DNA of 64,000 nt from Eledone cirrhosa (GCA_964016885.1 OZ024747.1:53196001-53260000); one strand, 5' to 3'; shown: positions 12,701 to 23,934, numbered from the stretch's first letter. Made by a program: numbers and translations. Notes: generated by a model from the letters alone, not told the origin.

Positions 12701-13338
12701 CGAATCTTGTCCTAGCCCGTCAGCATTCATCTCCTCAGTGGCCGTATCTCTGTTCCAGGTATTATTTATCTCAGTATTCAGATCATTGTCTGCTTCGGGT
12801 GGTTCCTCCGCTCTCAGGACCTCCTCACCTTCATTTCCCGCCGGCTCGCTTGTCTGGCATACTACACCCGCCATCTCCAAGCCATTCTCTCTGCTCAGTT
12901 CCTCCAGTTCCAGCTCGCTTATCCACCCATTAGTTCTTATTACCCGAGCCTGCCCGGCCAATTTTTGTTCATCTAATTTAAATAAACCAATCTCGTTCCA
13001 GATGTTATGCATCCGTCTCCTGTAGCCCCTCTCCTTGGGGTTACTTTTCAGGTAGCATTGCATAACAGTTCTATTCAATTCTTTCGTCCAGTTGGTTCTG
13101 GCCCCTTTCCTTCTTCTTCTTCCTCCAACATCAGCAGTATTTCGTTGACAGTCAGGTTCCTGCTGCTGAGCCAGGGGGCACCTGTTGGGTGAGAGTCTGT
13201 CACATGACGTTCTAGTCTCCATTTCACCGTTATTCGAACTGTTTATGTTCGATATTTAAACACTCTTATCGAGGATTGGCGAATGTATGTTTACATAGCC
13301 ATCTGTGGATCCGCCATCCCACTTGGCCCTTGTGTGGC
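9730..13338 (-). mobile_element. Apparently full-length R4/Dong-like element with (TAA/CAA)n tail
   Basis: 74-nt 3' UTR (9756-9829) runs into a TAA-rich tail (9730-9755). ATTATCA at 9723-9729 and 13339-13345 is a candidate TSD, giving a ~116-nt 5' UTR. The 5' boundary is less certain than the 3' boundary. Confidence 0.8.
9830..13222 (-). CDS. R4/Dong-clade non-LTR retrotransposon ORF (N-terminal DNA-binding-like region, reverse transcriptase, CCHC knuckle, restriction-like endonuclease), 1130 aa, uninterrupted
   Basis: RT motifs SPGPDG, YRPITCL, QKGCR, IDYRKAFDMVPH, GIFQGDSLSPLLF, LFMDDLKL, YKYLG, GGRGL. Knuckle CRICGEREETVAHIVSEC, then RHD and RLE RPDLVVVD...IVDVACP...KINRY. N-terminal WTKELN...CY...RGYRRRM...W block is typical of the R4 clade. 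In-frame TAA 12 codons upstream of the ATG. Confidence 0.95.
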   Translation of the reverse strand: METRTSCDRLSPNRCPLAQQQEPDCQRNTADVGGRRRRKGARTNWTKELNRTVMQCYLKSNPKERGYRRRMHNIWNEIGLFKLDEQKLAGQARVIRTNGWISELELEELSRENGLEMAGVVCQTSEPAGNEGEEVLRAEEPPEADNDLNTEINNTWNRDTATEEMNADGLGQDSVDILNLVVDELNNDSGRPMNLRFVDRKKLKETTAKVNKVIPYLEARSLHQCNNILKATANTVRKLLGIKARGNNRQERAEPWWKKRLSGQIGEMRNDIGKLESLLNGTLKNIGTKNRLEIKYKTRSKKLNIIIEELKQRIVAKSAKIRRYENRVSQYKQNRMFDNNQKMLFGQLEGKERGTDLIPGAEQAKTFWRGIWEQDVRHNAQAGWIETVQREIGEQAQQQTDLSITVETLKGQAKKLTNWKSPGPDGVQGYWIKHLTSLHPKLTAMFNDCLVSGEVPEWLTKGTTVLIMKDRIKGNDVTNYRPITCLPVMWKLLTSIVSEEIYHHLHTNNLLPDEQKGCRKKSRGTKDQLLIDKMVMGNCRRRHTDLAMGWIDYRKAFDMVPHSWITKSLEIFRVADNIRELLGRSMGSWETELTSTGVSLGSVKIKRGIFQGDSLSPLLFVLALMPLTIMLRKVRAGYKLGRGELTINHLLFMDDLKLFGKSEKELDVLVDTVRIFSSDICMQFGIGKCGVIVMRRGRLSRSNGIQIPTGEMIKEIDSEEGYKYLGVLEADGIKNKKMKELLRTEYIRRVRSVLKSHLNSRNAISAVNSRAVSIIRYSAGILRWNVAEQKEMDRKTRKLLTIYNMFHKRSDVDRLYLRRSEGGRGLISIEDCVQMEKNNLYKYVTYSKEPMLRAVLKEGRVGQGIPKEEITSRRKSSLKGKSLHSTFFEKTEFRDPQTWNWLRRGDLKKATEGMLMAAQEQALKTKWLKHHIYKEEASPLCRICGEREETVAHIVSECKHLAQTHYKGWRHDVMGRVIHWHLCKVNNLPHSEKWYEHRPEAVMENSQVKVLWDFRIQTDKKLEHNRPDLVVVDKEKRSCLIVDVACPFDTRVQEKEREKINRYQDLKWEVKRIWNCHEVKVIPIVIGALGTISKGFQGWLKKIGPLTLFGTLQKACLLGTARTLRYVLNI

Positions 13339-14263
13339 ATTATCACCACGCTGTATACGGACACACATAAACAAACAAACACACGGGCAGAAAGGGCCCC
13401 AAAAATGAATAAGCATAAGTTTCATTGTAATGTAGTATTCGAATGTCTGACTTAGTTTTTGTTTTTTAAGTTTTACTTTTTCCCCCCTCTTCTCTGTCCG
13501 TCCGCCTGCCTCTCTCTTCATTCTTATTTTCTTTACGTTTTGGGGGTTTCTTTTTTTGTTTTTGTTTTTCTCTGTTTTTCTCGTTTTTTACTGTTGTTGC
13601 TGTGCTGCTTTTGTTGTTTATTTTTTCTTTTTTCTTTTGAGTCTATCTATATATTTTGATGCCTTCCTCTTTTTTAGCAGTAGGGATTCTATAATGTGGT
13701 GGCAGCAGCCAGCTAAAAGAAGAAGTGGGAGACTGGCGGCGGTAGCGATACTGAGACAGTGGTGGTGGTGATGTCGATACCGAGACAGTGGTGGCGGTGA
13801 TGTGACCGTATTACTGTAGCGATGGTGCTGTAGCGGTGGCAGCAGTGAAGGAGTGAAGGGGTGGTGGCGGCGGTGATGGGATAATGGTTGTAATGATGGC
13901 CGTAGTGATCGGTGGTGGTTTAGTGTACACAGGTGATAGGGTGGGTGGTGTATCTAGTTTCTGGTGTTGGTGAGTTTGGCTGTTCTATATAGTGTATACA
14001 GAGGAGGAGGGGGGGGGGGTTCTTCTTCCATTTATAGCCATTTTCTTTTTTGGATATACAGTGTACAATACAAAGTTGAATATTTGAATATTTGAGCCTT
14101 ATAACAATATATTTTGGGTCCGAATTTTTTGGGGCTCAAGCCGGGTGCTTTACGTAGCATTTGTACTAAGAGTTGTTATTTCACAAATGGTTTAAATATG
14201 TTAAAAATTCAAAACTTACGGGAGCGATTTCATGACCTCCGTCACCTCGTGCGTCTTCTTCCC

Positions 14264-14316
<53 letters not shown>
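14264..14316. repeat. Perfect (TTA)n microsatellite
   Basis: Direct reading. Confidence 0.95.
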
Positions 14317-14800
14317 GTAGTTGTTGTTATATTTTTAAAGTATCTTTTTTTACTTTATTACATGACTGAGTGGTTAGTTATTGTCTAATTGGGTGTGGTT
14401 ACAGACTTTTTACAGATTTTTTTTCAACTGTTTTTATATAAATTTATTAACTCCCCTTCCTACCTCTGGCTCTATATTTCATTTACTATCCTTACTATTA
14501 TGTTGGTATTTTAAAAAATATTTTTCTATAAATTTATCGGCTGTGTAGTAGTGAGGTGTATGTGTTTAAGGATATTTCTATAGCTTTTTCTTTTTCATTT
14601 TACGTTCAGTTTTTCGTTCGGTTATTTATTCTCTTCCGCCATATTTGTTTGACTTTTTTCCTCTTTTTATTTTTAACGTTTTTTATATTTTTTTCGTTTA
14701 TTTATTGACTTAACGATTCATTGCTTTGGGTTTTAATTTTAGATTTAATGTTATTTTAAAACAACCAAATAGGAAAAAAACCATACATATATATGTACGT

Positions 14801-14855
<55 letters not shown>

Positions 14856-15434
14856 GACACACACACATATATATATATACATATACATATACATATATGT
14901 ATATATATGAATAAATACATATATACATACATATAGATATAAATATATATATACATACATATATACAGAAAGATGCTTATATATATATATATATATACAT
15001 GTGTATATATATATGTATATATGTGTATATACATAGATACATATACATACATATACACTTGAAGTATATGAGTATATATAAATCATATATATATTGTACC
15101 AATAACAAGATCAATTTAAATAACCAAATAAGTTCAGCTCTTTAAACTAACCAGTCCACTCACATCTAATCTTTTGTTCTTTTCACTTAATTTTATATTT
15201 GATCTCTAATGCTCTCTCTCTCTCCCTCTCTCTCCCCATTCTCTGGCTCTCTCCTTTTCGTTCTTTATTTTGTTATTTTATTTCATTTAATTTTTTATTC
15301 ATTTTTCGTTTAAATAGTTTTTTTTTTTCTCCCGCAGTTTTAATGTTTTATAAAACGCTTTCGTCGTCGGATACAGAAATTTCACTATTAGATTTTAAAT
15401 ACTAGTGATCCTATACTTTCGTATACACACACAC

Positions 15435-15502
<68 letters not shown>

Positions 15503-15754
15503 TGTATATATATATGTATCAACTTTATTTTTTGGTTTTGTGAACTTATACTTACATATTTTAAAAATCTATATTCATACACACGCACATTGTATATGTA
15601 TGTATGTATATGTATGTATGTCAAAATATATAAATATATATATATATATATAAATACACACACACACATACACTCATATATATGTATATATATTTATATA
15701 TATATATATATATATATATAAATACACACACACACATACACTCATATATATGTA

Positions 15755-15816
<62 letters not shown>

Positions 15817-17018
15817 ATGTTGATGCGTGTAGATATAGCTATAAAATGTGTTTCTTTTTTTCTTTTGAAGTATTATACTTCAGTTGTTGGCAACTGCTGG
15901 GGACCTTTCTACCATGTCCGAGTGATAATGCTGTATGGTGTCTCTCTTGTATAAGCTTCTCCGCTTAACTTCATCCCACATATCACCTTTCTCCCCCGCT
16001 CTTCCTTTCTACTTTTTCTACAACCCCCACCTTCTTCACCACTATCCCACCTTCCCCACCACTCATCTCCCCCCCTCATCCCACCTTCCCCACTACCTCA
16101 CCTTCCTCACTACCTCACCTTCACCACTACTCCACTACCTCACCTTCACCACTACCCCACCTTCTTTCTATTCATATATGACATACACTAACGTCTGTTC
16201 TTCCAAAACTTTTTTTTTAAGGTTTCTAAAATCGTCAGCCACGATAAGTGCCCTTTGATTTGTTTTCGTGCATGAATGAATATACACGCACATAGAGACC
16301 CTTCCCCAGCTCTACCTACGTATATGTACATACGCATACATGCTATTTCATGGTGTGAACGTGGCGACCACTTGTCTGCATGCTATTGCATGTACCGGTG
16401 AGTGCATGCATGTTTTGTAGATGATATGTTGCGATACCAGCCCGTGCGTATTTACATCAAATCACACCACACCACACCATATCACACTACACTACACCGC
16501 ACAACCCATTTGACGCTTTGCTGCTCTCCAGTGGGTTTTTATATCCCCAGGGTTTCCATTATGGTGCTAGAAATATCTGAGATAAGTGGGCTCTGATTTC
16601 TCTCAGATTTAGCAGTTTGTATACCTGCGGCTTTGAATTGCTATGTCTGCGCTCTGAACTCAAATTCCATGGCACTTATCTTGCTCTCCAAGTTCCGATC
16701 TACTTGAGCTTAACTTAGCTTCGAGTTCAAATTCCATTGAAGCCAACTTATTCTTTCATTTTTTGGGTTCTATAAATATAGGACAAGTCCAGGGTAATTG
16801 ATTGGCAGAATTATTCATTTTTCAGCAGTTCTCAGACGAAAACTAGGTAATCAAGGTATAGTTTCCTTCTGGGTAACCAGTCTTTAGTTCCACGTTTATA
16901 GGACTGTAATTCATAGCAGATGACAGAGATCTGAGCCTCGATGGACACCTGCTTACACACTAAATTCGACACTATACTCACTCCTGACTCTCACCTTGCT
17001 GACTCTACCTATGTACAT

Positions 17019-17091
<73 letters not shown>

Positions 17092-17220
17092 GTGTATAGT
17101 GGTAGCTATAGTGCTTCCGTAGGCGGTATGCCAAAATTAGCACTCGATATTCATCAGAGTAGAGTGTAGATATTATAAAGAAAACGAAAAATCAGTGATG
17201 CATCTGGACTTAGTTTATTT

Positions 17221-17311
17221 CGTGTTACAAATGTTTCGCCGGCATGTAGCTCGAGTCATGGTCTTTGTATGGATCTGGCTGATTCTACTTCTGCGGGTTC
17301 TTTCAGACACG
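17221..17311 (-). ncRNA. Hammerhead-like motif with a long stem II insert, in a relic flanked by (TA)n (~17088-17427)
   Basis: Minus strand CGTGT-CTGAAAGA-[~60 nt]-GAAA-CATTTG-TA-ACACG. Stem I CGTGT/ACACG is perfect; the core has one extra A. Confidence 0.5.
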
Positions 17312-17454
17312 GGTGTTATGTCCGGAGCAAATTTTATCACTGGGGTGTTATCATCAAAACTCACCCTCAAAAAACCCTCTTTCCACTTTTGTCATGCCAT
17401 TGGCTGTTTTTACTCCACGTCATCACATATATATATATATATATATATATAGCC

Positions 17455-17745
17455 CTTCAGTGTTATTCGTCTCTCCCGAGTCTTCTTAACGATCGCCACA
17501 TCATAGAACGGAGACTCTGCAAAGAGATTCTCCAGTTCAACAAATACTAAGTATAAGGGCATATTTCCTGGCTTCGCGCGTCTTCTGAATGTGTATCACT
17601 AGGAAGATGACAGCAGCAATGCCTCCTCTCGGCACAACTCTGAACTACATCACATCTACTATAATTTGGTTCTTGACTGATTCCAGGATAACCCATTCTG
17701 TGACTCCCATAAACTAGTCCAGCAGTTTCATGTCGCTCTACTTAT
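17455..17745 (-). pseudogene. Decayed RTE-clade LINE reverse-transcriptase fragment
   Basis: Frameshifted translation VKNQIIVDVM*FRVVPRGGIAAVIFLVIHIQK / MPLYLVFVELENLF / MMWRSLRRLGRDE follows the RTE pattern IDEMQFGF.PGRGTTDAIF..RQLQEK...PLY.AFVDLEKAFD...W.LR.LG..E. Confidence 0.65.
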
Positions 17746-17974
17746 TACGTTCCTTACCTCTGCTCTTGTAGCAGCTTATATATATATATATATATATATA
17801 TATAAGCTATATATATATAGAGAGAGAGAGATTGAGAGAGAGAGGGGGGAAGATATATAGAAAAATAGATATATAGATAGATAGAGTGAACTTTGGAAAT
17901 TACTTTGAAGTAATTTTTAGCTTTACAGAATGAAACTCTTTTGACAATATCTTATTAACAATAAATTAACTTCC

Positions 17975-18530
17975 GTCTGTTTCGACTATGAGTGTTTCAG
18001 TTTATCAGTCAAAAGAACGGCCTATTCGTTAAACTAACATTTAAATAGAGTTAATATTCCACAGGCATATGTATTCGTAACGTAATTTTCAAATTCCGTG
18101 TGGCACAGTTTGTGTCAGAACAGGATCTTTGAATCACAAATACAGTTCATATTGTATTATATTGTAAATGGCTAGGTATTTCACAAACACGTGTAACCGT
18201 AATATGTATTTTCTGATATATAAAACCCCCTTTACTCCCCAATGACTTTAAATGTACCACACTGGTCTTTTATGCGAAGCTGGTGTATGTTTGTTTCTTT
18301 CTTCGTATTACAGGGATCCTATAAACTATCAAATACAGAATGTGTGATGTTGATTTTTGAATTACAGTTACAGTCCATCTGATAGGCTTCTATACGTGTT
18401 CCGCTTACACAACTTCACTCACAAAACCTGATTCGTCTTGAAACTAAGTTAAAATACACTTGGCTAACGTGCTATTCAATGGCACCAAACACAGAATCTC
18501 GTGAGTACAAAGTCAACTTTTTAACCATTA
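17975..18530 (-). mobile_element. Old SINE (second family) with tandem tail repeats
   Basis: TATTCCACAGGCATATGTATTCGTAACGTAATT...TTTGAATCACA repeats; a degenerate head lies at 18380-18528. Confidence 0.5.
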
Positions 18531-18877
18531 TTAAAAAAAAAAATCCTTCATATCTAAATATAAACTTATTTTATTTCAATATAATTCAAGCGGCCAATGC
18601 AAACGTTTGGTTTCACTACATCTATGACAAATGCACACATCATGACATATGCAAAACTATTCTATATAGATTCTCACTGAAAAATATGACACCTTGTCAT
18701 AGTCTTAACACTGACATGTCTAAATATATCTGAACGGTAACATAACTAAAACAACACAAAAACAATACTTTCAAACATTTCTTTTACAAAGTGTCATTCT
18801 GCCAATCACCATACTCGTCATAATTGCCAACTTGAAACGAGATAACAAGACTATACACAGAAGAAAATGTTTCGTCC

Positions 18878-19132
18878 CAAAACAACAACAACAACAACAA
18901 CTACTGCAACTACAATAAAGTTTACAACAAAAACATCAACTGCAACACAATCTACAATAACAAAAACATCAACAACTACAACACTAACATTAACAAAATC
19001 TACAACAACAGCAACACAATCTACAACAGCAGCAGCAACAAAATCAACAGCAACAAGATCAACAGCAACAGAATCTACAGCAACAACAGCAACAGCAACA
19101 CAATCTACAACAACAACAGCAACAATGTTTAT

Positions 19133-19169
<37 letters not shown>

Positions 19170-19655
19170 CTATCTACAACAACAACAGCAACAGAATCTA
19201 CAGCAACAACAGCAACAGCAACATAATCTACAACAACAACAGCAACAAAGTCTATAACAACAACAACAACAACACTATCTACAACAACAAGAGCAACACT
19301 ATCTACAACAACAACAGCAACAAAATCTACAACATCAACAACATCAACAGCAACATAATCTACAACAACAACAACAACAACAACAACATCAACAGCAACA
19401 TAATCTACAACAACAACAGCAACAACATCAACAGCAACAACAACAGCAACGACATCTACAACAAGAGCAACAAAATCTACAACAACAACAGCAACACTAT
19501 CTACAACAACAACAACAACAACAGCAGCACTATCTACAACAACAACAACAGCAACACTATCTACAACAACAACAACACTATCTACACAACAACAACACTA
19601 TCTACAACAACAACAACAACAACAACACTATCTACAACAACAACATCAACAACTA
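18878..19655. repeat. (CAA/CAG)n-derived minisatellite with recurring A(A/T)TCTACAAC interruptions
   Basis: Direct reading; the Thr-rich plus frame is broken by TAA at 19224 and again later. Confidence 0.9.
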
Positions 19656-20064
19656 GAAAACAACACTAGTCCATCTACGGTTGAACATCACGTTGACAAG
19701 GTCATGTGACCTCCAAACATCGCTAATAAGCTATATGTAGACATAAGATACCTAATTCACAAACCTCTAATGATTGTACTGAAGCATAAGGTAATTTGAG
19801 AATCGAAGAAGAATATATAGTCCGTTATACATACATTTATGTATGTATACATACATTCATGCGTACACACACGGATACATTCACACACACACACACATAC
19901 GTCCATACATACATGGTGGCTGCCAACTCGTTTTCGAGTACGGCCAGTATTTTATATCCATGTAGGAGAACCCCTACCGATGCGCTGAACGAGTGTGACT
20001 TTTTAGTCCAGCCAGCGACTTCAAAACTCTGGTACAAACACTACACTTGTGACAGTTATTGACA

Positions 20065-20522
20065 CATAGTGCTGGGCCCATGGTACCATGTGACGACAAG
20101 TGCAGAGAGATCTCCAGATATAAAGCAATGCCTGTGCCGTGAAGCTTTTATAGTGAGCAAAGGCACTGCACAAAGCCAGTCCCACTCTCTTAACCAAGAT
20201 GATATTTACCAAAAAGAAGAACAAGTCAACATCATTGGATACCATCAGGGTTGCAGGTGTTATATCAGAGTTTTCCTTCTCCTAGAATTCTGCCTTGACA
20301 AAGGCTAAGAGGTCATCTCTCCCGGTGATTTTGGATGGCCATTGACTCTTAAGAGCTCCTTTGCCCTTTGACAGGTTTTGTTTTTAGTCCTGCAGGATGT
20401 CCAAAGTCACCTTCCTCACCAAGAAACCTTGGTGGGGTTGCCAGTTTAGTCGCCAACGACCCGACCATGAGACAGGTTGTACTGGGATACATGTTACCAG
20501 TAGCACCAACTGGTGACCTGAC
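20065..20522 (-). mobile_element. Probable RTE-type LINE 5' UTR relic or non-autonomous derivative
   Basis: GC-richer island between microsatellites. Minus-strand motifs TAAACTGGCAACCCCACC and TTAGCCTTTGTCAAGGCAGAATTCTAGGAGAAGGAAAACTCTGA resemble RTE 5' UTR blocks (recalled from memory, not searched). Confidence 0.45.
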
Positions 20523-20607
20523 ATAACATACATATATACATACGTACATACATGCATACATACATGCACTTATACATACATACGTACATACATAAATGCA
20601 CACACAT

Positions 20608-20671
<64 letters not shown>

Positions 20672-20677
<6 letters not shown>

Positions 20678-20790
20678 AAGAGTGAGGACCCCGACGGTTG
20701 ATCTCTTGCCGTTTTACCAGCTAGTTCCAGTATCGAGTACGTTGGTGATTAATGGTCTAACCAGTCTCAAAATGAATCCATCCTGATTTA
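20672..20790 (-). mobile_element. Diverged copy of the 21216-21421 Penelope-like terminus with a decayed hammerhead
   Basis: Shares AGGACCCCGACGG(T/C)TGA.CTC..GCCGTTT with 21227-21256. Minus-strand core is decayed to CTGGTTA...AAAACGG...CCGTC. Confidence 0.55.
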
Positions 20791-20797
20791 TAAATAA

Positions 20798-20887
<90 letters not shown>

Positions 20888-20978
20888 GAGTTAAACAAGA
20901 TTCAATGAGTATATCAAAAAATGAGTTTTACAGTAGATTGGAAGCACTCTATGGCAAAATAATTTTCCACAGTTATTA

Positions 20979-21151
20979 ATATTAAAATACAAATATTAAT
21001 AAAACAGATGTTCTTTTGATCAATTACATTTTATTATACATATGTCATGTATCATTATCTTTTGTCTGATGAGGACGTACTGTTGTACATCCGAAATATG
21101 TATAATAAAATGTAATTGATCAAAAGAACATCTATTTTATTAATATTTGTA

Positions 21152-21160
<9 letters not shown>
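20979..21160. repeat. 65-bp inverted repeat with a 52-nt loop holding the hammerhead core (Penelope-type inverted terminus)
   Basis: Arms 20979-21043 and 21096-21160 with 1 mismatch; the whole unit (20883-21160) is bounded by (TA)n on both sides. Confidence 0.85.
21060..21110 (+). ncRNA. Minimal type I hammerhead ribozyme with intact core
   Basis: TTTTGT-CTGATGA-GGACGTAC tgtt GTACATCC-GAAA-TATGTA-TA-ATAAAA. Stem I 6 bp, stem II 7 of 8 bp, short near-palindromic stem III. Predicted cleavage after AUA (21104). Confidence 0.8.
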
Positions 21161-21215
<55 letters not shown>

Positions 21216-21219
<4 letters not shown>

Positions 21220-21421
21220 AACGAGTAGGACCCCGACGGCTGAGCTCAAGCCGTTTCGACGGCTAATTCTGAACTACTAATTAGTCCAGAATTAGCCGTC
21301 GAAACGGCTTGACCTCAGCCGTCGGGGTCCTACTCGTTCCTATTACCCACTCTACTACCCTAAGTATTGAGTACTTTGGTGGGTTATGGTCCATCTGGTT
21401 CCTTACCACATTTCCTTCGTT
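21216..21421 (+). mobile_element. Penelope-like terminal relic with a ~61-bp fold-back inverted repeat and a half hammerhead
   Basis: Inverted repeat 21216-21342 with 2 mismatches. GAAAC-GGCT tgacctc AGCC-GTC is stem III plus a GUC site; the CTGA.GA half is lost at the inversion point. Flanked by (TA)n. Confidence 0.7.
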
Positions 21422-22250
21422 ATATATATATATATAATATAACATAATATTATATAATATAATATGATATAATATAATATAATATAGTATAATATAATAT
21501 AATATAATATAATATAATATAGTATAATATAATATATCAGATATAATTGACTGCCATTCCATTATTTTAATTTTCACGCTAAGAAAGGCAATAAAGATGA
21601 TCTTTTACTGGGAGAAATAGAAAAAGTTGAGGTTTTCAGCTGCAGTCCTCCTACGTAGTATATTGTATAAATACTCCATTAATTCCTTTTCAATTCCGCC
21701 ATCAATATATATAAAAACTACAGTCTTTCGAAAGCTTGTCGACCGAAACATCAGCCATTTTCCCACTCCTTACGTCAAACCGAACTTATTGACACAACAA
21801 AAATTCACTTTCTTCGTTTCCGATTATTTTTGTTGTTTTTGATTTCATGTTATTTGATTTGTTGTTGTTTTGTTGTGTACGAGGGAGGAGTGCTTTTTTT
21901 TTTTCTTCTAATTTCTTATTGCAAATATCCATATCACCATTTCAAATATACTTCCAGCTGGTTTATGTGTCACATGGAGAGCGACTCCAGTTCATAGAGG
22001 AGTAAGTACAGCTGTCCTGAATAACTTTAGCCTTTATATATTATACAGTAACATAAGTGTCTTAAACACCAGCTGACTACCTGTTCTGTAAGTTATCTTT
22101 CATTGTTAAAGTTTAAATTACAAGGAGTTTCATATCTCATAAAAAACCAACTGTATTTTGTTTGTTAAATATTGTTTGTGTACTGTGATGGTGTTTTGGC
22201 TATTATAGTAAAACTCAATATAGAAGATGGTTAGGAGAAACTGAAGTCCA

Positions 22251-22725
22251 CTAGGAAATAGGGACCAGTTTCTGTTGAAATGTTAGCAAGGAAATAGGGA
22301 CGAGATTCTGTTGAAATGTTAGCTAGGAAATAGGGACCTGATTCTGTTGAAATGTTAGCAAGGAAATAGGGACCAGCTTCTGTTGAAATGTTAGATAGGA
22401 AATAGGGACCTGATTCTGTTGAAATGTTGGCTAGGAAATAGGGACCAGTTTCTGTTGAAATGTTAGCAAGGAAATAGGGACGAGATTCTGTTGAAATGTT
22501 AGCTAGGAAATAGGGACCTGATTCTGTTGAAATGTTACCTAGGATATAGGGACCAGTTTCTGTTGAAATGTTACCTAGGATATAGGGACCAGTTTCTGTT
22601 GAAATGTTAACTAAGAAATAGGGACCAGATTCTGTTGAAATGTTGGCTAGGAAATAGGGACCAGATCCTGTTAAAATGTTGGCTAGGAAATAGGGAGCAG
22701 ATCCTATTGAAATGTTGGCTAGGAA
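22251..22725. repeat. 36-bp minisatellite, ~13 copies (CTAGGAAATAGGGACCAGWTTCTGTTGAAATGTTAG)
   Basis: Direct reading. The blocks starting at 22261 and 22441 are identical for ~97 bp. The minus frame is open as (FLANISTESGPY)n. Confidence 0.95.
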
Positions 22726-22884
22726 GAGACAGTCTGTGCGTCTGTCTAGGAAGAGACAGACGCACAGACACACACACTGAGACAAGCAAAGAAACACACA
22801 GAGACAGGCAGACAGGCAGACATTCAAATAGACAGACAGACAGACTTATACTTAATCCCATTTATTGATGTAGAGATCAATAAT

Positions 22885-23745
22885 AACTTTCTCTCTTCTT
22901 CATCTTTCTTTCATTTTCATTCATTTCTTCTCTCTCTACTCCCCCTCTCTCATTCTGCCTGACCCCCTCTCAATCCATTTCTCTCTCTCTCTCCATCTGA
23001 CTTTCTCTCATCATTTTCCCCTTCTTTTACCTTTGAGCCCCTTAATCGCCACTATTACTTAACTCTCTCTCTTATTTACCCCACCCCCTCTCTCTCTCAC
23101 TTAGTCCCCCCTCTCTCTCAGTCCTTCCTCTCTCTCTCAATTAGTCCCCCCACAATCACACTTATCACATCCTTCCACTTTCTCTCCCATAGTTTTACTT
23201 TTCATTTCAATTATTTTCTCCATTTTCGTATTTCTTTCTCTCTCTGTCTCACCTCTTTCTCCCTTACCTTCTCTCTACACTCTTTCTCCCTTTATTGTTT
23301 CTGTTTCTCTTTCTCTCACTCTGTCTCACTTCTTTCTCTCTTAGCTTATCCCTCTCTCCTCTCTCTCTTCCTCTCCTCTTTCCTTTTCTCTCCCTCTAAA
23401 TCTCTCCCTCTTTATCTCTGTCTCCCCTCTCTCTTCTCACTTCCTCTTGGTCTCTCCTTTCTCTCCCATCTCTCTCGCCCTCTTTCTCTCCCCCTCTGTC
23501 CCCAACTCCTCTCTCTTTGTCTCATCTCTCGCCCCACCCCACATCCTTCTTCTCTCCCTTATCAACTCACTCTATCACACTCCCATTCATTTAAACTTTA
23601 CCTTTTCTTTCTCTTCTCTCCATTCTCTTCACCTTTCCGTCCATTCCACCCTTTTCCTTAAACCCTTCCTTGGAAAAAAAAAAAAAAAACCTTCTTACTC
23701 TCTCCCCCCTTCCTCTCCCTACCATTCACAACCCACTCCTTCCTT
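22885..23745. repeat. ~850-bp polypyrimidine (CT-rich) low-complexity tract
   Basis: Plus strand is overwhelmingly C/T. Confidence 0.9.
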
Positions 23746-23934
23746 TGTTACATATCTCCAGTTGTACCCAATGAACTTCAGTCATTTTTCTACTTTAGTC
23801 AATATTTTCGTTTGGGTGACTTACTTTAGTTTTTATATATCATTTTAATTGTTATTCTTTGTAGCAACACATTGTAATGTTGAGGAGGTGGTGGGCATGG
23901 ATGGAAGAGGTACCGGTGGCTTTAATAGTGGTCA

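Noticed and set aside
13223-13400. HDV-like ribozyme at the 5' end of the Dong element
   Set aside because: UCCUCG and UCCAC are present, but no consistent P1/P1.1/P2/P3 nested pseudoknot could be built by eye.
13346-14316. Extending the Dong element to the (TTA)n at 14264
   Set aside because: The intervening DNA is low-complexity host-like sequence and a candidate TSD exists at 13339-13345. Not excluded without other copies.
23819-23860. Strong minus-strand donor AAA|GTAAGT just past the satellite, as the end of a giant exon
   Set aside because: All three frames hit stops before reaching it, so it does not support a continuing coding exon.
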